From Mantamonas sphyraenae STR306 (lineage: Eukaryota > Protista > CRuMs): a stretch of DNA of 64,000 nucleotides. Below, piece by piece: positions 10,040-22,143 of the stretch. Within the stretch, counting starts at the first letter, position 1. Each line of letters opens with the position of its first letter. The stretch lies in assembly GCA_026936335.1 (NCBI GenBank), contig JAPMXV010000030.1:372001-436000 (forward strand), in the 5' to 3' direction. Made by a program: the position numbers and the translations under genes. Under the pieces are notes generated by a model, which searched no databases, was not told the origin of the DNA, and saw only the letters and a list, made by a program, of their open reading frames with translations.

Positions 10040-12609
10040 TCACACCAGTTCATCCTCCAGCTGGCTGTAGTGGAACACAAAGTCGTTCTTCTTGCGGGTC
10101 TGCCAACTCTTGCTTGCGTCAAAGTAGACGTAGGAGCCCTGTTCAAAGTCCTTTTCGTAGCGCTTGGGCTCCTCGTGGCGACGCATCCAGGTGCTTGCAG
10201 TGACGTGATAGCGCCAGGAGTGCTGTTTGAGCTGCTTGGCGGCCAGGTACTGCTGGTAGGTGCCCTGGTGGTAGTAAAAGGCGCAGAAGAGGGTGTCCGT
10301 GTCAAACTTGGCAAACGTGCTCGGACTGTACAACGACGGATGCACCTCCTGGGGAAACGACGCAGGGACCTGCACGGGTTTGGACGCCGTGTACTCACTG
10401 CCCTCCCCATCCTCAGGCCGCGGCAGATTGGCAAACGACAGCGCAAGCAACGACTCGCTTGCACTCTGGCCCATCCCAGCTCCACTGTTGCTGTTGCTGT
10501 TTGCCATCGAACTGCTGCTTCCGCCGCTTCCACTGCTGCTTCCTCCTCCTCCTCCTGCACTCAGTCCCACACCGCTGCCGCCGCCGCCGCCGCTGCTGCT
10601 GCTTCCACCGCCTACGCTGCTGCCCCCTGCATTGGTGTTGCTTCCAGCTCCACCCAACTGCGCGGGTCCCTTGCGTGCATCGCCATGCTGCTGCGCTTGC
10701 TGTTGTTGCTGCGCCTGTTGCTGTTGCTGCGCTGCTGCTGCGTGTTGCATGTACATCTGCTGCTTCTGTTGCTGCTGCTGTTGCTGCTGGAGCGCACGCA
10801 GCTGCTGTGCTGCCTGCTGCTTCTGCATGGCCTGTGCTCGCAGCTGTGCCTGCTGTTGTGCCTGTTGTTGCTGCTGCTGTGCCGCTGCCGCCTGTGCTGC
10901 TGCTGCCTTTCGTGCTTCGGCCGCCTGCTGTGCCTGTGCCTGCTGGGCCGCTGCCGCCGCCGCCGCTGCAGATTGCTGCTCCTGCTTCTTGGACGACTCC
11001 TTGGCCACTGCTGCATAGTTGATCGTCTTGGGTTTGTTGTTGGTGTTGTTGGTGTTGTTGCTGCCACTGCCGTTGCCACTGCCGTTGTTGCGGTCGCTGT
11101 CTGTGCTTCCTCCCCGGCTGTTGTTGCTTGCAATGCCCCCAATGGACACCGAAGGCGGTGCGTTGCTACTCTTGCCATTGACTGATCCTGGGCCCGTGCT
11201 GTTGTTGTTGGCCAAGGGCCCACCCTTGGGCCGACGCGCACCTGCTCCCACGCCGCCGATGGTGATCACCGGCGCTGCCACTTCCACCTTCTTTTTTGTC
11301 CTCTTGTTGCTTCGCTTCTTCACCTGCGGCTCCTGGTCGCTCGATTCCTCCACGCTGTCGTTGGCTGTGTCGTCGTCTTTGCTGAGGAGCTCGTCCAGGT
11401 GCAGCTCGTCGTAGATCTCGTCGTCCTCCAGAAAGTCGTCGTCCTGGTTGAATTCGATGTAGTAGTTGACATCCTCCTTGATGTCGTCCACCAGCGAAGG
11501 CTCCAGATCCCCAGCATCCACCAAGTTCTTGCATGTTTCCAGCTTCTCCATGTGGAAGCGATGGAGCACCAGCGACCGTTCGATCTGAGCCAAGCGGTCC
11601 AGGTTGCGATTCCGTGACCTCTTGCTCTGCAGTGCCGACAGCTCGGCCTCCAATGTGTCCATCTGTTCAGCCACCTGTGACATGCTCTTCTCCACCCAGT
11701 TCACCGTCTTGCGTCGCTCCTTCACCATTGGATCGTTGTAGTCTTCAGACTCGTCCTCCGCCAGCGCCAGACCCTCCTTGCTGAACGCCTTTGTTTTCGA
11801 CTTCTTCTCGTAGTACTTGAACGCCTCCATTTTCTGTGCCACGATCCATTGTCATCAGTGCGTGTGGTGCCATCCAATCGCAGTACGCGGGTGTGTCAGT
11901 GCCCTGTGCTTGTCCAGGCGGTGCGGCCCTGCAAAACGACCGCGCCATTCCGTGTGGAGCAGGTGCCCGAAGGACCCAAACGCCGCGCCGCTGCATATCG
12001 CATGGGGCACACATGCATGCAAATACACTCCGCAGCAACACACACAGCATGTGCGGTTGCACCGTGCACGTGATTGCGCGTCGTGTGTGCGTGTGTGTGT
12101 GTGGGGCGCGTGCGGACGAACAGAGGGCCTTGCGTGCAAGCAGCAGCCTCGAGTTCGCGTTTACACACAGACAAGCCCACGTGGGTGCGTCGTGGCCTCT
12201 GGGATGCCTCCCAATGAGTGCGTGCGCGTGTGACTCACCTCTTCAATGAGCCTCCTGTACGACATGAGCTCGTCTTCCCTGTCCTTGAACTCGCCAGAGG
12301 TCATCCAGCTCTTGATTTGATCGCGCGCACGTTGCATTTTCTTGACCGAGTTCTTCAGCTGCTCAGCCTCCTTGGACCCCTTGCTGGCACCCGTCTGTTC
12401 GATCCGTTCCCACAGATCGTCAAAGAGGGCCTCCTGCTCGTGGATCCGTTTGATCATCCGATCCAACTCCTGTTTCTGTTTCCGACTCGACTGTGCGGTG
12501 ATCCAGGTGGTCACAAGGATGTGCGGGACGCGTGTGTCGTACACAGACACAATACGGGTCAGTGGGGACGAGCAGGGGACAAAGGGGCACCAGGTGAGCG
12601 ACGTACCAT
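10040..12609 (-). CDS. CNOT3: CCR4-NOT subunit 3; exons 12609-12607 (ATG only), 12490-12239, 11833-10040
   Basis: N-terminal RKQKQELDR...RARDQIKSW...KMEAFK..EK..KTKAFSKEGL; C-terminal NOT box DTLFCAFYY.QGTYQQYLAAKQLK..SWRYH; canonical splice sites keep the frame. Confidence 0.93.
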
Positions 12610-12678
12610 CGCTCGAAATTTTTCCTGGTTCACTGGTCGCTCGGGCCGAGGCAAAGCAAATCGCACGTGCAGGGGCCA

Positions 12679-15600
12679 ATGGGAGGCACGGGCAGCAAAC
12701 TCAAGTATGGCGAGTTGGAGGCTGTGGCGTGCAAGGATCCAGAGAGCGAGGGTCCAATGTGGACGATGCACAGAGGCACGGCAGAGGGACAGAGCGGCCA
12801 GCGGGTCATTCTCTTTGAATACCCCGCGGTGGAGGCCTCGCTGCAGTCGACGGCAGAAGGGCAGGGTGGCATGGGAGGACATGTACAAAAGGTGACCCTG
12901 GCGTTGGAAGGGGCCAGTCGTGAAAAGGTGGCGCGCACGCTGGCGATGAACGCCATCCACCGCCTCAAGACACTCCGACATCCGTTTGTGCTGCGATACA
13001 TGGACGACGAGCGCAGCAGCAGCGGTACATACGTGGTCACAGAGCCCGTGGTGCCTCTGATGGACGTTGTGGACGACATGACGCCCAACCAAGTGTGTCT
13101 GGGTGTGTATCAGCTGCTGGTGAGTTTTGATGCTTTCTCTTCGGCGGCATTCCGCGCGGAACCAAAGTCCCCAGCCCACTACTGACACCCGAATTTTGCA
13201 TGATGATTCACCCAACTCGTGTGAAATCGTGTATGTGTGTGGCTGGTGTGTGTCCGTGATTGTGTGTGTGTGTGTGTGTGTGTGTGTTGTGTGGTGTGTG
13301 ATGTGAACAGACGGCGCTTGCGTTTCTGCACGCAAACGGGTGCGCACACAACCACGTGGCACCCAGCAGTGTGTTTGTGGTGACGTCGCCTGCGTCAAAA
13401 GCAGGCGAATGGCGCCTGGGTGCATTGGAGTACGTGAGTGCGCCCTGGGACATTAGCAGCGGGGTGTTGGAAGCGACGCGTTCACAACGCTGGGCGCCCG
13501 GCATCCCTCCGGAGGAGGAGAGGCATGCACAGTTGCAAGCAGACAACTACGACGTTGGAACGCGCGATTGCTACGCCGTGGGTGCGCTGTTGGGCTACTT
13601 TAGCCAACATTTGGGCCGTGAGGGCGAGGCGTTTGCGGAAGCGGCAGCGCTGTTGTCGTCTCGCTCGTGGAGGAATCGACCGCGTGTGGAGGAGCTGCTG
13701 GCACCGCAGGGAATGTTTCGAGGGAACGCGTTGGTGCGTGTGTTTGACACCCTGGTGAATCTGACGGTGGTGGAGTTGGAGGAGAAGAGGCACTTTTTTG
13801 ACAGCCTCGACGAAACGCTGCGGCAGATGGACCAGGACTGCATGCTGCAGATTGTGTTGCCCAAGCTGCTCAACTCGCAGGTTCTGGTGGAACCCAGGGC
13901 CCAAGCGTTTCTCAGGCATCTGCTGGCACCTGCGGGGGAGTCGTTTCCTGCGCCTGTGCTGGAACTGCAGGCACACCTGCAGGGAGGTGTGGTGGGCCAC
14001 GGACTGTTGCAGCCGCAGGTGTATGGACAACACGTCCTGCCCTACCTCTTGTACACGTTTGCGTCACAGCACCGTAACATCAAGTACACGCTGCTACTCC
14101 ACTTTGACGTGTACGTCAGACACGTGCCACCGCGACAAATCATCGACACAATGGTGCCGGAGATGCTGCGTGGTCTCACTGACCTCAACTCATCGCTAGT
14201 CAAGCTCAGCTTTGCCGGGCTCTGTGCAAGCATCTCTGCCATGCTTGTGGACGGCGTCGATACGGACGACGAGCTGCAAGGAGCGCTCTCGGGAAAGGTC
14301 GAAGTAGCATCCGTATCCACATCCACATCGTCGTCAACGTCATCGTCATCAGCGTCGTCATCCTCCCAGCAGCAGGATGATTCACAGGGCAGTGGCGAAG
14401 CAACGTTTGCCGAACGAGTGCAGGTGGTGAACAAGAAGATCCTGCCTGCGTTGAGCAAGACGTGCGCTGGGGATGCCGAGAGCGAGGTGCGCGTGTTTTG
14501 TATGCAAGTGTTGATCGATATGCTGGGCTGCAGTCCGCACTTGGCTGTGGATGGTCCAATCAAGGCGCTGGGGCGGTTTGTGCGAGACGAGGCAGCAGAG
14601 ACACGGCGCAAGTTTGTGCAAGCGTGGCAAACGGCGTCCAAGAAACGTGGCAAGGGCGAACTGTCGGCCAAGTTGATCGTGGCCCATGTGCTTCCGTTGC
14701 TGACTCCGTTGCTGCTGGATCCGGAGGATTCACTGCGCAAGCAGAGCATGGGATGTGTGCGACGGCTGCTGGGACGTGTGGAAAAGCACACACCGGCACC
14801 AGTGGATGTGTTTTCCACGAGTTTGGCTTTGGGAAGCAGCCACAGCAAAGGGGATGTGGTGGGGGTCGTGCGCACAAGCCAGTTTACAGGCACCATTGGG
14901 CCGGGTGTAGAGCGGCATGATCACAGCCCTGTGCGATCATCGGCATCCGGCCGGGGCGTTGGCAAGGCGGTGGTGCTGGGTGAGGGCTCGGCTCGCAAAG
15001 GGTCGTCATCTACGACGCCTGCGACGGGGATAGGTGCCGCCGCCGCTGTGGGTGTGATGAACGACGAGGACAAGATGGAGGGTGGGGAAGAGGAGGAGGG
15101 GGAGGAGGAGACGTGGGAAGAGGAAGAGTGGGAAGAAGAGGAGTGGGAGGAGGAAGAGGATGATGGAGAGGCTGTGCAACCGCGCGTGATTGAACTGGGC
15201 GGTGGCGGTGGCGGCGAGGGCGCACAGGAAGCCAGACAAGAAGAGATTACGTACGCAGAGGACGATGGATGGGTGAATGTGACTGCACAAGGATCTGCGG
15301 ATGGTGGGGAAGGAGTACAGCCGATGACGGAAGTTGAGGAGCAGGGAGAAGAGGACGGGGCCGCGACGAGGTTAGGGCCGTCGCTGTTTGAGGTAGCAGC
15401 CACAGACACGACCATGGACGATCTATTGCTGGCGTCGGATGACGACGAAGACTGGTCGGATGATTGGGGCGTGGAGGAGGCGAGGCAGGAGGAGACAACA
15501 ATTGTGACACAACAAGGAGATACACAGGAACAGCTGCATGTCAACAATGGCAACAATGGCAACAATGGCAACAAGGAAGAAGACAGGAGAGAGGAAAGTA

Positions 15601-18488
15601 TGGCACCGGCGGCGGCGTTGGAACAGGACAAGGAACGACGAAAGAGCAGCAACGTGGGATTTGGCATCGACGACCTGGAGCCGGAGATTGTGAGTGCAGG
15701 AGGAGGGGAGGAGGAGGACTTTTTCGGGGATTGGGAAGTGTCGTACAAGCCTGCGGCTGTGCTGGATGTCAGTTCAGCCAGGAAGAAGAAGAAGAAGGGA
15801 GGGCTGGAGAGGGGAGGATTGGGAGGCAGTGTGGGACGAGGAGGGCCAAGGGCAGCAGCAGTAGCTCAAGCACCCGTGGTGGTGGTGGTGGAGGAGGACA
15901 AAGAAAAGGTGGCCAAGGAGACAGAAGCACGCAAGGGATTCCTGGCTTCGCTGGCGATGGAGGACGAGGGAGGGGATGGAGGGTGGGGAGCCGACGACGG
16001 TGACGATGATTTGGACGCCATGCTGGGTGGAGGAGCAGCAAGCGCAGGCGCAGGCGGAGATGAAGAGGGCTGGGGTGGACTGGATGACAACGATGATCCG
16101 TTTGGTGACTCTGAAGAGATTGGGATGGCAGAGGAAACGGTGGAAGGAAGCACGGAGCAGAAGGGAGAGGAAGGTCATGGATGGGCACTCGAAGATGACC
16201 CCTTTGCCGAACCAGAGGATGTGGAAGAGGATGAAGCCGTGCAGGAGACACAGGATGAAGACATTGCATGGGAAGAGGACGCTTCTGTGTTTGGCCAGAC
16301 CAAGCCGACTCCGGTCGCTGCCAAGCCGACAGATATGGATATGTTTGCAGGTGTTGATGAAAAGGAAGGGGAGGATGCAACGGTGGAACAAGGCTGGGGT
16401 GAGGCGGCTAGCGCAGATGACCTGGACGAATTGCTTGACGACGTCTCGTCGTCGACGACTGGAAACGCTGTGCAGGACACCATTGTGTCCGTTGTGGACG
16501 GAGAATCAGGTGTGAAGGAAGATGGGGAGGAGAGGGAGGAGGAGGAGGATGAGGAGGAGGAAGGGTGGGGTGCAGCAGCCGATGTTGATGGAGATGATCT
16601 GGACGCGCTGCTGGATACCACAGCGGAGTCTTTGACCCCAAAGGCAGTCAGCCAGACTGACGAGGTGACCCTAGCGATGGAGGACGATGAAGAGGACGAA
16701 GGGTGGGGTGAAACCGAAAGTGATGGAGAGTTGGATGCTCTGCTGGAAACAACAACGGAACCCACACCCCTGCCGGTGGAGACGACAGCCGATGTTGAGG
16801 GTGGAGAGGAAGAGAAAGAGGAAGATCAGGAGGAGAAGGAGGTGGATGATGATGATGAGGGATGGCCGGAAGAGAAAGGAAATGATCTCGACGCGCTCGT
16901 GGACGTTGCGGAGCCCGAATCCGCGCATTTGGACAGCAGCAGCGCCATAGGGACAGCGGAGGATGGTGCAAAGAAGGAGGAGGAAGAGATGGAAGAAGAA
17001 GATGAGGGATGGGGCAACGCGGGAGACGATGAGGACTTTGAGAGTCTGCTGGCAACCACACAATCCAAGATGGAGACTGCGGGGAAAGAGACACCCACAG
17101 TGGCCACAGAGACACCCGAGAGTGTGCATAAGGAGGTTGAAGAGGCTGAGGAGGAACAGGAGGATGAGGAGGACGAGGACGCTGAGGGATGGGGCGACGA
17201 GTCTGGAGACGACGGCCTGGACGCTCTGCTCGACACCACAGAAACCACGGCGGGCACGAATGCTGGCTCCCCAGTGGTGGAAAGCACAGACAATGGTGGT
17301 AGGAAGGAAGCAGCACCCTCTGGAAGGGACGAGGGATGGGACGACGACCTGGATTCACTGTTGGTCGACAATACGGCATCCTCATCGCCGGCAGCGGCAC
17401 CCGCACCGAAAGAGGAATCGACACAGGTGGACGTAAGGAGCGCTGAGAGTGCACGTGGGGACAAGGCGGATACAGGCGAGGCAGTGACAGCCATGGCGTC
17501 ACCAGCCCAGTCGACTGTGAAACAGGGTGCACCCCAAGGCACACCGGTTGCCAAGGAAGGAGAGTCACCGAAACCAAAGAAACAGACGCCAAAGCTGAAG
17601 TTGGCACGGCCGTCTCCAAAGCTGACGCCGTCGCCGAAGCTTGGATTGCGGCTTGCCAAGCGCGGCGGGAGTAGCCCACCATCGGCGATGGGACGCGGTG
17701 GGACGCGAGGAACCAAGTTGCCCAGCGCCATCAAACAGGGTACGACGACAAAAAGCGAGAGGGGCAATGCACAGGGAAGGGGAAAGGCAACGGGTGGGGG
17801 CAAGGAGGACATGGACTTGGATCTGGACTTTGAATGGGGTGGCGACGACAACGACGTGACGACGGACGAGCTGTTTGGGTCACCGGCGGCATCAAACATC
17901 ATGCAAAGCACAACGACACCGAGCACAGAACCAGCCAAGGGCAGTGGGGCGTCGAACGACGACGACAAGTATGATCGATTCCTGCGCAACAGCGCACCGC
18001 CCAAGCAGAATCAGCAGCAGCAGCAGCAGAGACAACAGGGCAGGAGGACATCGAACAGCACGAGCACTCGATCGGTGTCAACCGCACGCGGCAGCACGCG
18101 AAGTAGCATCAGCAATAGCAACAGCAACAGCAATGGGAATGGGAATGGGAATGGACAGCAGACACGGCGGGATCAAGGGACTCAACGTGCCAAGACAGCC
18201 GAGTGTCCCATTTGCATGCGTTCGTTCCCAGTGAGCCAGGTGGAGCAGCACGCAGCACAATGCGGAGCCGAGGACGAGCAAGACGCGTATGGAGGATTCG
18301 GCAGCACGGGGTTCGACGACCAGCAGCAGCTGATGGCCACTCTGGCCCTCATGAATGCATCCATGCAGAGACAACAACATCAGCAGCAACGGGGTTCAGG
18401 TGGAGGAGGCGGCACACCCTGTCCCCTGTGTGGACGCAAGTTTCCCTCGTACCTCATCCAAGAACACGCCGAGAACTGCATGGGCTGA
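12679..18488 (+). CDS. SCY1-like pseudokinase (SCYL3-like) with HEAT repeats, long acidic repeat tail and two UBZ-type zinc fingers; exons 12679-13119, 13311-18488
   Basis: MGGTGS myristoylation-type start, LKTLRHPFVLRY, VVTEPVVPL, LAFLH...HNHV; intron GTGAGT...AACAG in phase 0. Confidence 0.85.
13260..13286. repeat. (TG)n microsatellite in an intron; similar (CA)/(TG) tracts at about 20587-20610, 38677-38708, 39222-39250 and 43576-43603
   Basis: Directly visible dinucleotide runs in introns and spacers. Confidence 0.9.
15960..17365 (+). repeat. Degenerate protein-level tandem repeat: acidic-GW(G)-x(3-8)-(D/E)LD(A/E/S)LL, about 8 units
   Basis: GGWGADDGDDDLDAML, QGWG..ADDLDELL, EGWG..DDLDALL, EGWG..GELDALL, EGWP..NDLDALV, EGWG..EDFESLL, EGWG..DGLDALL, EGWDDDLDSLL. 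Confidence 0.85.
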
Positions 18489-18640
18489 TCACACACACAC
18501 ACCCACCCACAAGAGGAACAGACAGAGACACAGAGACAGGGAGAGAAAGAGAGAATGGAGCAAAAAGCAGCAGATGCCAGATCGCACGAGTTCATTCACA
18601 AGTGTTCATTCTTGCGCTCTGTTTGGAAACAGGGGCGCGC

Positions 18641-19801
18641 TTACTTGCCAACGCAGCTGTACGCGGGGGGGATGGCCTTGTTAAGGACGACGGCAATGAT
18701 CATGCCGTACAGACCCAGAGCCTCGGCGAAAATGAGCACGAGAGCCATACCGATGAAAAGCAGGGGCTGCTGAGCGTTGCCACGCACACCAGCGTCACCC
18801 ACGATGCCAATGGCGAAGCCAGCGCCGAGGTTGGCCATGCCGACCGAGAGACCGCCAGCCAGATGGTGGAAGCCCAAGAAGGCCGGGTAGGGCTTGCTCG
18901 GGTCGATGGCGCCGTTGTACACGATGGCCACCACAGTGCCGTAGATGGCCAGGGCAGCAGCGAAAATAACGGGGACAGTGGACTGTGGCACAACAACGAG
19001 TCACGGGACGTGTGTGTCAGCACATACTCCTCCTCCTGGTGTGGGTCTCACCCACTCGCTCCACGTCGCCGGAAAAAGCCAAAAGGCGCTTTGGAAGAGA
19101 TTTCGGCGAGCAGCGCCAAAAAACCCTCTTTAGCGCGCTTCTTCGGGCCGCCTCTCGACACACGGCCGCATTACACACTCACCTTCATGATGAACTCGGG
19201 GCTACACAGAGACGCAAGGCAACAAGGCACACGAGAGTGAGTGTCTAGGTCACGCAGAGGCACAGGGGCGGCGCAAGGACAAAAGAGGGGAAGGAAACTC
19301 ACCGCATGACACCGGCAGCCGAGACACCAACACCGGCCTTGGCCGTGCCGTAAGCGGAGCCCAGGCCTGTGGGATGGGAAGCAAGTACGACGCCGAGGCG
19401 GAGAGCAGAGAGGTCGATGATGCCCATTGGTGTGAGTGTCTGCGTGCCCCAAAAGAGGCGGTCGTACACGCGCGCAAGCGGTGCCGGGCAATTTTGCGAC
19501 GGGCGCACACGCGCTTCGCATGCGCTTGGATCGGCCGTGGACGGCGCATACGGCACCGAGGCACATCACCACACGGCACAGCGGGTGTGTGTACACGACA
19601 CCAACACATTGCGAGGGTGTGTGGTGTGCTCAGAGCGTGGTGTGGCGTGGCACGCGTGGCGAGGGAGGCACATGTCTGCGCGAGGGGCAGAGGGAAAAAC
19701 TCACAGCAGAAGATCATAGCAGCCGCGATACCCAGGGTACCATAGAAGAAAGCCGACACAGGGCACAGGTTTTCGCTCGTAGCCAACAGCACACTCAGCA
19801 T
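18641..19801 (-). CDS. ATP6V0C: V-ATPase 16-kDa proteolipid subunit c; exons 19801-19705, 19366-19303, 19201-19183, 18982-18641
   Basis: GSAYGTAKAG, GFAIGIVGDAGVRGNAQQP, LIFAEALGLYG with the essential Glu; splice phases are consistent. Confidence 0.93.
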
Positions 19802-19907
19802 TTTGGGTGAAGTTTTGTTTCGGGTTGGGTTGCCCAAGTGGTCGGCCTGGGAACGAGCGGGTCCCGATGCTGCAGCTCACGTGCAGGCAACCCATCATCG
19901 TCGTCGC

Positions 19908-20804
19908 ATGGCATCCACAAATCCATTCACAGACGACACCCACAACGAGGGTGCTGGGGCGGCGTTCCATGCACCCGAGGGAACACAACAGCGTGGCGGG
20001 GCAGCAGTAGGCGCCACTCGCACGCTGGACGATGTGGAGGCCGGACGAGATGGCGCCGCGTTGGAAGGTGGCAGCGTGAAACGGGACCCCATGGCCGGAG
20101 TGGTGATGTCCCACCTGTTGTTCAAGGGAGGGGCATTGACCACATATCTATTGTGTGACCTGTTCAACCAGGGCTTTGTGATTTCCTTTGTGGCGGTGGT
20201 GTTGCTGCTGGCCATGGACTTCTGGGTGGTCAAGAACGTCACCGGGCGTCTGCTCGTCGGCCTGCGCTGGTGGAACGAAATCGACGCAGAAGGAAACTCG
20301 CAATGGGTGTTTGAATCACGCAACGCAAACGCACAGGAGAACCAACCCGTCAACAACGCCCACTGGCGCATCTTCTGGGGTGCCCTCATCATCACTCCTC
20401 TCCTCTGGCTCCTCCTGGGCATTGTTGCCCTCTTCAAGGCAAACCTCGGCTGGCTTCTCCTCGTTGCCATTGCCCTCACCCTCAATGGTGCCAATGTTTA
20501 TGGCTATTTCCAGTGCAGCAAGGGTACGTTGTTTTCCCACCACCACGCCAACCCCCCCGAAAGTCCCCCATGTTGTTTCCCTTCCCACACACACACACAC
20601 ACACACACACGCATGTGCTCTCGGCCTGCACACTTACACCCTTTTGCCCCAATGGGACCATCGTTGTCTCTGCCCCTGTCTTTCAATACCCCCTTTCCCC
20701 TAGACTCGCGCAAGAAGGTCGAGGGAATGGCCCAGCGCTACCTGGCCACCTCCATGCTCCAATCTGCCATGGGCAGCATGACAGGCTCCGCACCCTCCCA
20801 GTAG
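19908..20804 (+). CDS. TVP23: Golgi membrane protein TVP23 (FAM18); intron 20524-20703
   Basis: HLLFK, DFWVVKNVTGRLLVGLRWWNEID..GNSQWVFES, FW. Confidence 0.93.
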   Translation: MASTNPFTDDTHNEGAGAAFHAPEGTQQRGGAAVGATRTLDDVEAGRDGAALEGGSVKRDPMAGVVMSHLLFKGGALTTYLLCDLFNQGFVISFVAVVLLLAMDFWVVKNVTGRLLVGLRWWNEIDAEGNSQWVFESRNANAQENQPVNNAHWRIFWGALIITPLLWLLLGIVALFKANLGWLLLVAIALTLNGANVYGYFQCSKGTLFSHHHANPPESPPCCFPSHTHTHTHTRMCSRPAHLHPFAPMGPSLSLPLSFNTPFPLDSRKKVEGMAQRYLATSMLQSAMGSMTGSAPSQ

Positions 20805-20964
20805 ACAATTCTGGAACACCTCTTCCAACCTCCCCTCCTCCACCTTTCCATGCACAGCCGGAAGATCCTGAATCAAGTTCACAGTTTGCTTCAAATTTTG
20901 TTTTTGTGTGTGTGTGTGTGTGTGACTGGCGTTGCACAACAGCCCCCCGTTGGTGGTGCATTGC

Positions 20965-22060
20965 TTAGAGAAGGGAGATGTTGGCACCCACCTCCTCCAG
21001 CTTCTTCTTAATCTCCTCAGCCTCCTCCTTGGCCACCTTTTCGCGCAGGACGACGGGTGTGTCGGCGGCACCCTCAACCAGGTTCTTGGCCTCCACCAGC
21101 GTCAGATCCTTCAACACTCCTCGGATCTCACGGATCACCTTGAGCTTGCTCTTGGCATCAAACGATTCCAGCTTGATGTCAAAGTCCGTCTTCTCCTCCA
21201 CCGGCTCGGCTGCTGCTCCGCCGTCTGCCGCGCCTCCGGCTGCTGCTGCCCCACCTGCTGCCATGCCGCCTCCGAAACCACCCATCGGGATGTCCTGCAG
21301 GCCCAGTTTCTCCTGTGCATGTGCGTGTGTGTCAGCGCGAGTGCTTTCCTTCGGCTTCGGCAGGTTCTCGCAACATCGTCCTTTGGGACGCATGCAGCGA
21401 AAAAGCACCGACCCGTCATTGGCCCACACACACTCACCTGAAGAACACTCGTCAGACTGGACATCTCCAGCATATTCAGTTCGCAGATCTGCATGGCCAG
21501 CTCCTCAATCTTGGGATCCACCGGCGCAGAAGCACTCGGCAGCGGCTGTGTGCCAACGGAACGCAAAACCCAATTGTCAGCCTCTCTCTCAGCGCAACTA
21601 CCAAAACCCCTCTCCACAGCCTCACCCCATCGCCCCCACCTGCTCCCACCCACTCCACCCATTGCCCACCACGCCTCCCGACCCTTTCCGGTGTCCCATT
21701 CCCCTTCCCCCTCTCCCCATGTCCTGCACCCGCGTCCCGTAGCCCGCTGCTTCTGCCCGCTGCCGAAATTTGCCCGGACCACTTCCGAGGCTGCCACAGG
21801 CGGCACGGGACGGGTAACGCAGGGAATGAGGGCACCCATGGGTGGCAGGGAGGGTGTACAACCGCCCACACATGTGTGTTTACAATCTCACTCACCTCGG
21901 CATCCTCGTCACGCAGCGGCAAGGCTCCCAGGTGGAGCATGCTACGCTGTGCAACCCCTGCGCCTGCGCTCATGTACAGTCCGCTCCCAGTCGACGATGA
22001 CGACACCCACTGGCCAATGGCCACTCGCGAAGATCGCTGCCCAGCGGCCTTTGCAAACAT
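20965..22060 (-). CDS. MRPL12: Mitochondrial ribosomal protein L7/L12; exons 22060-21896, 21545-21438, 21312-20965
   Basis: [25 protein letters not shown]...LVEAKNLVE...[14 protein letters not shown]; R/S-rich transit-like N-terminus. Confidence 0.9.
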
Positions 22061-22143
22061 GATTCTGGATTGTGCTGCGGAGGGCGGCGCAGCAGCTGGG
22101 ATTTTCATTCAACCCTTTCCCATCCCACTTCCACCAACCCACA

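Noticed and set aside
15960-17365. GW repeats as Argonaute hooks
   Set aside because: The strongly acidic context and the SCYL host fit coat-binding motifs better than the G/S/N-rich AGO hooks
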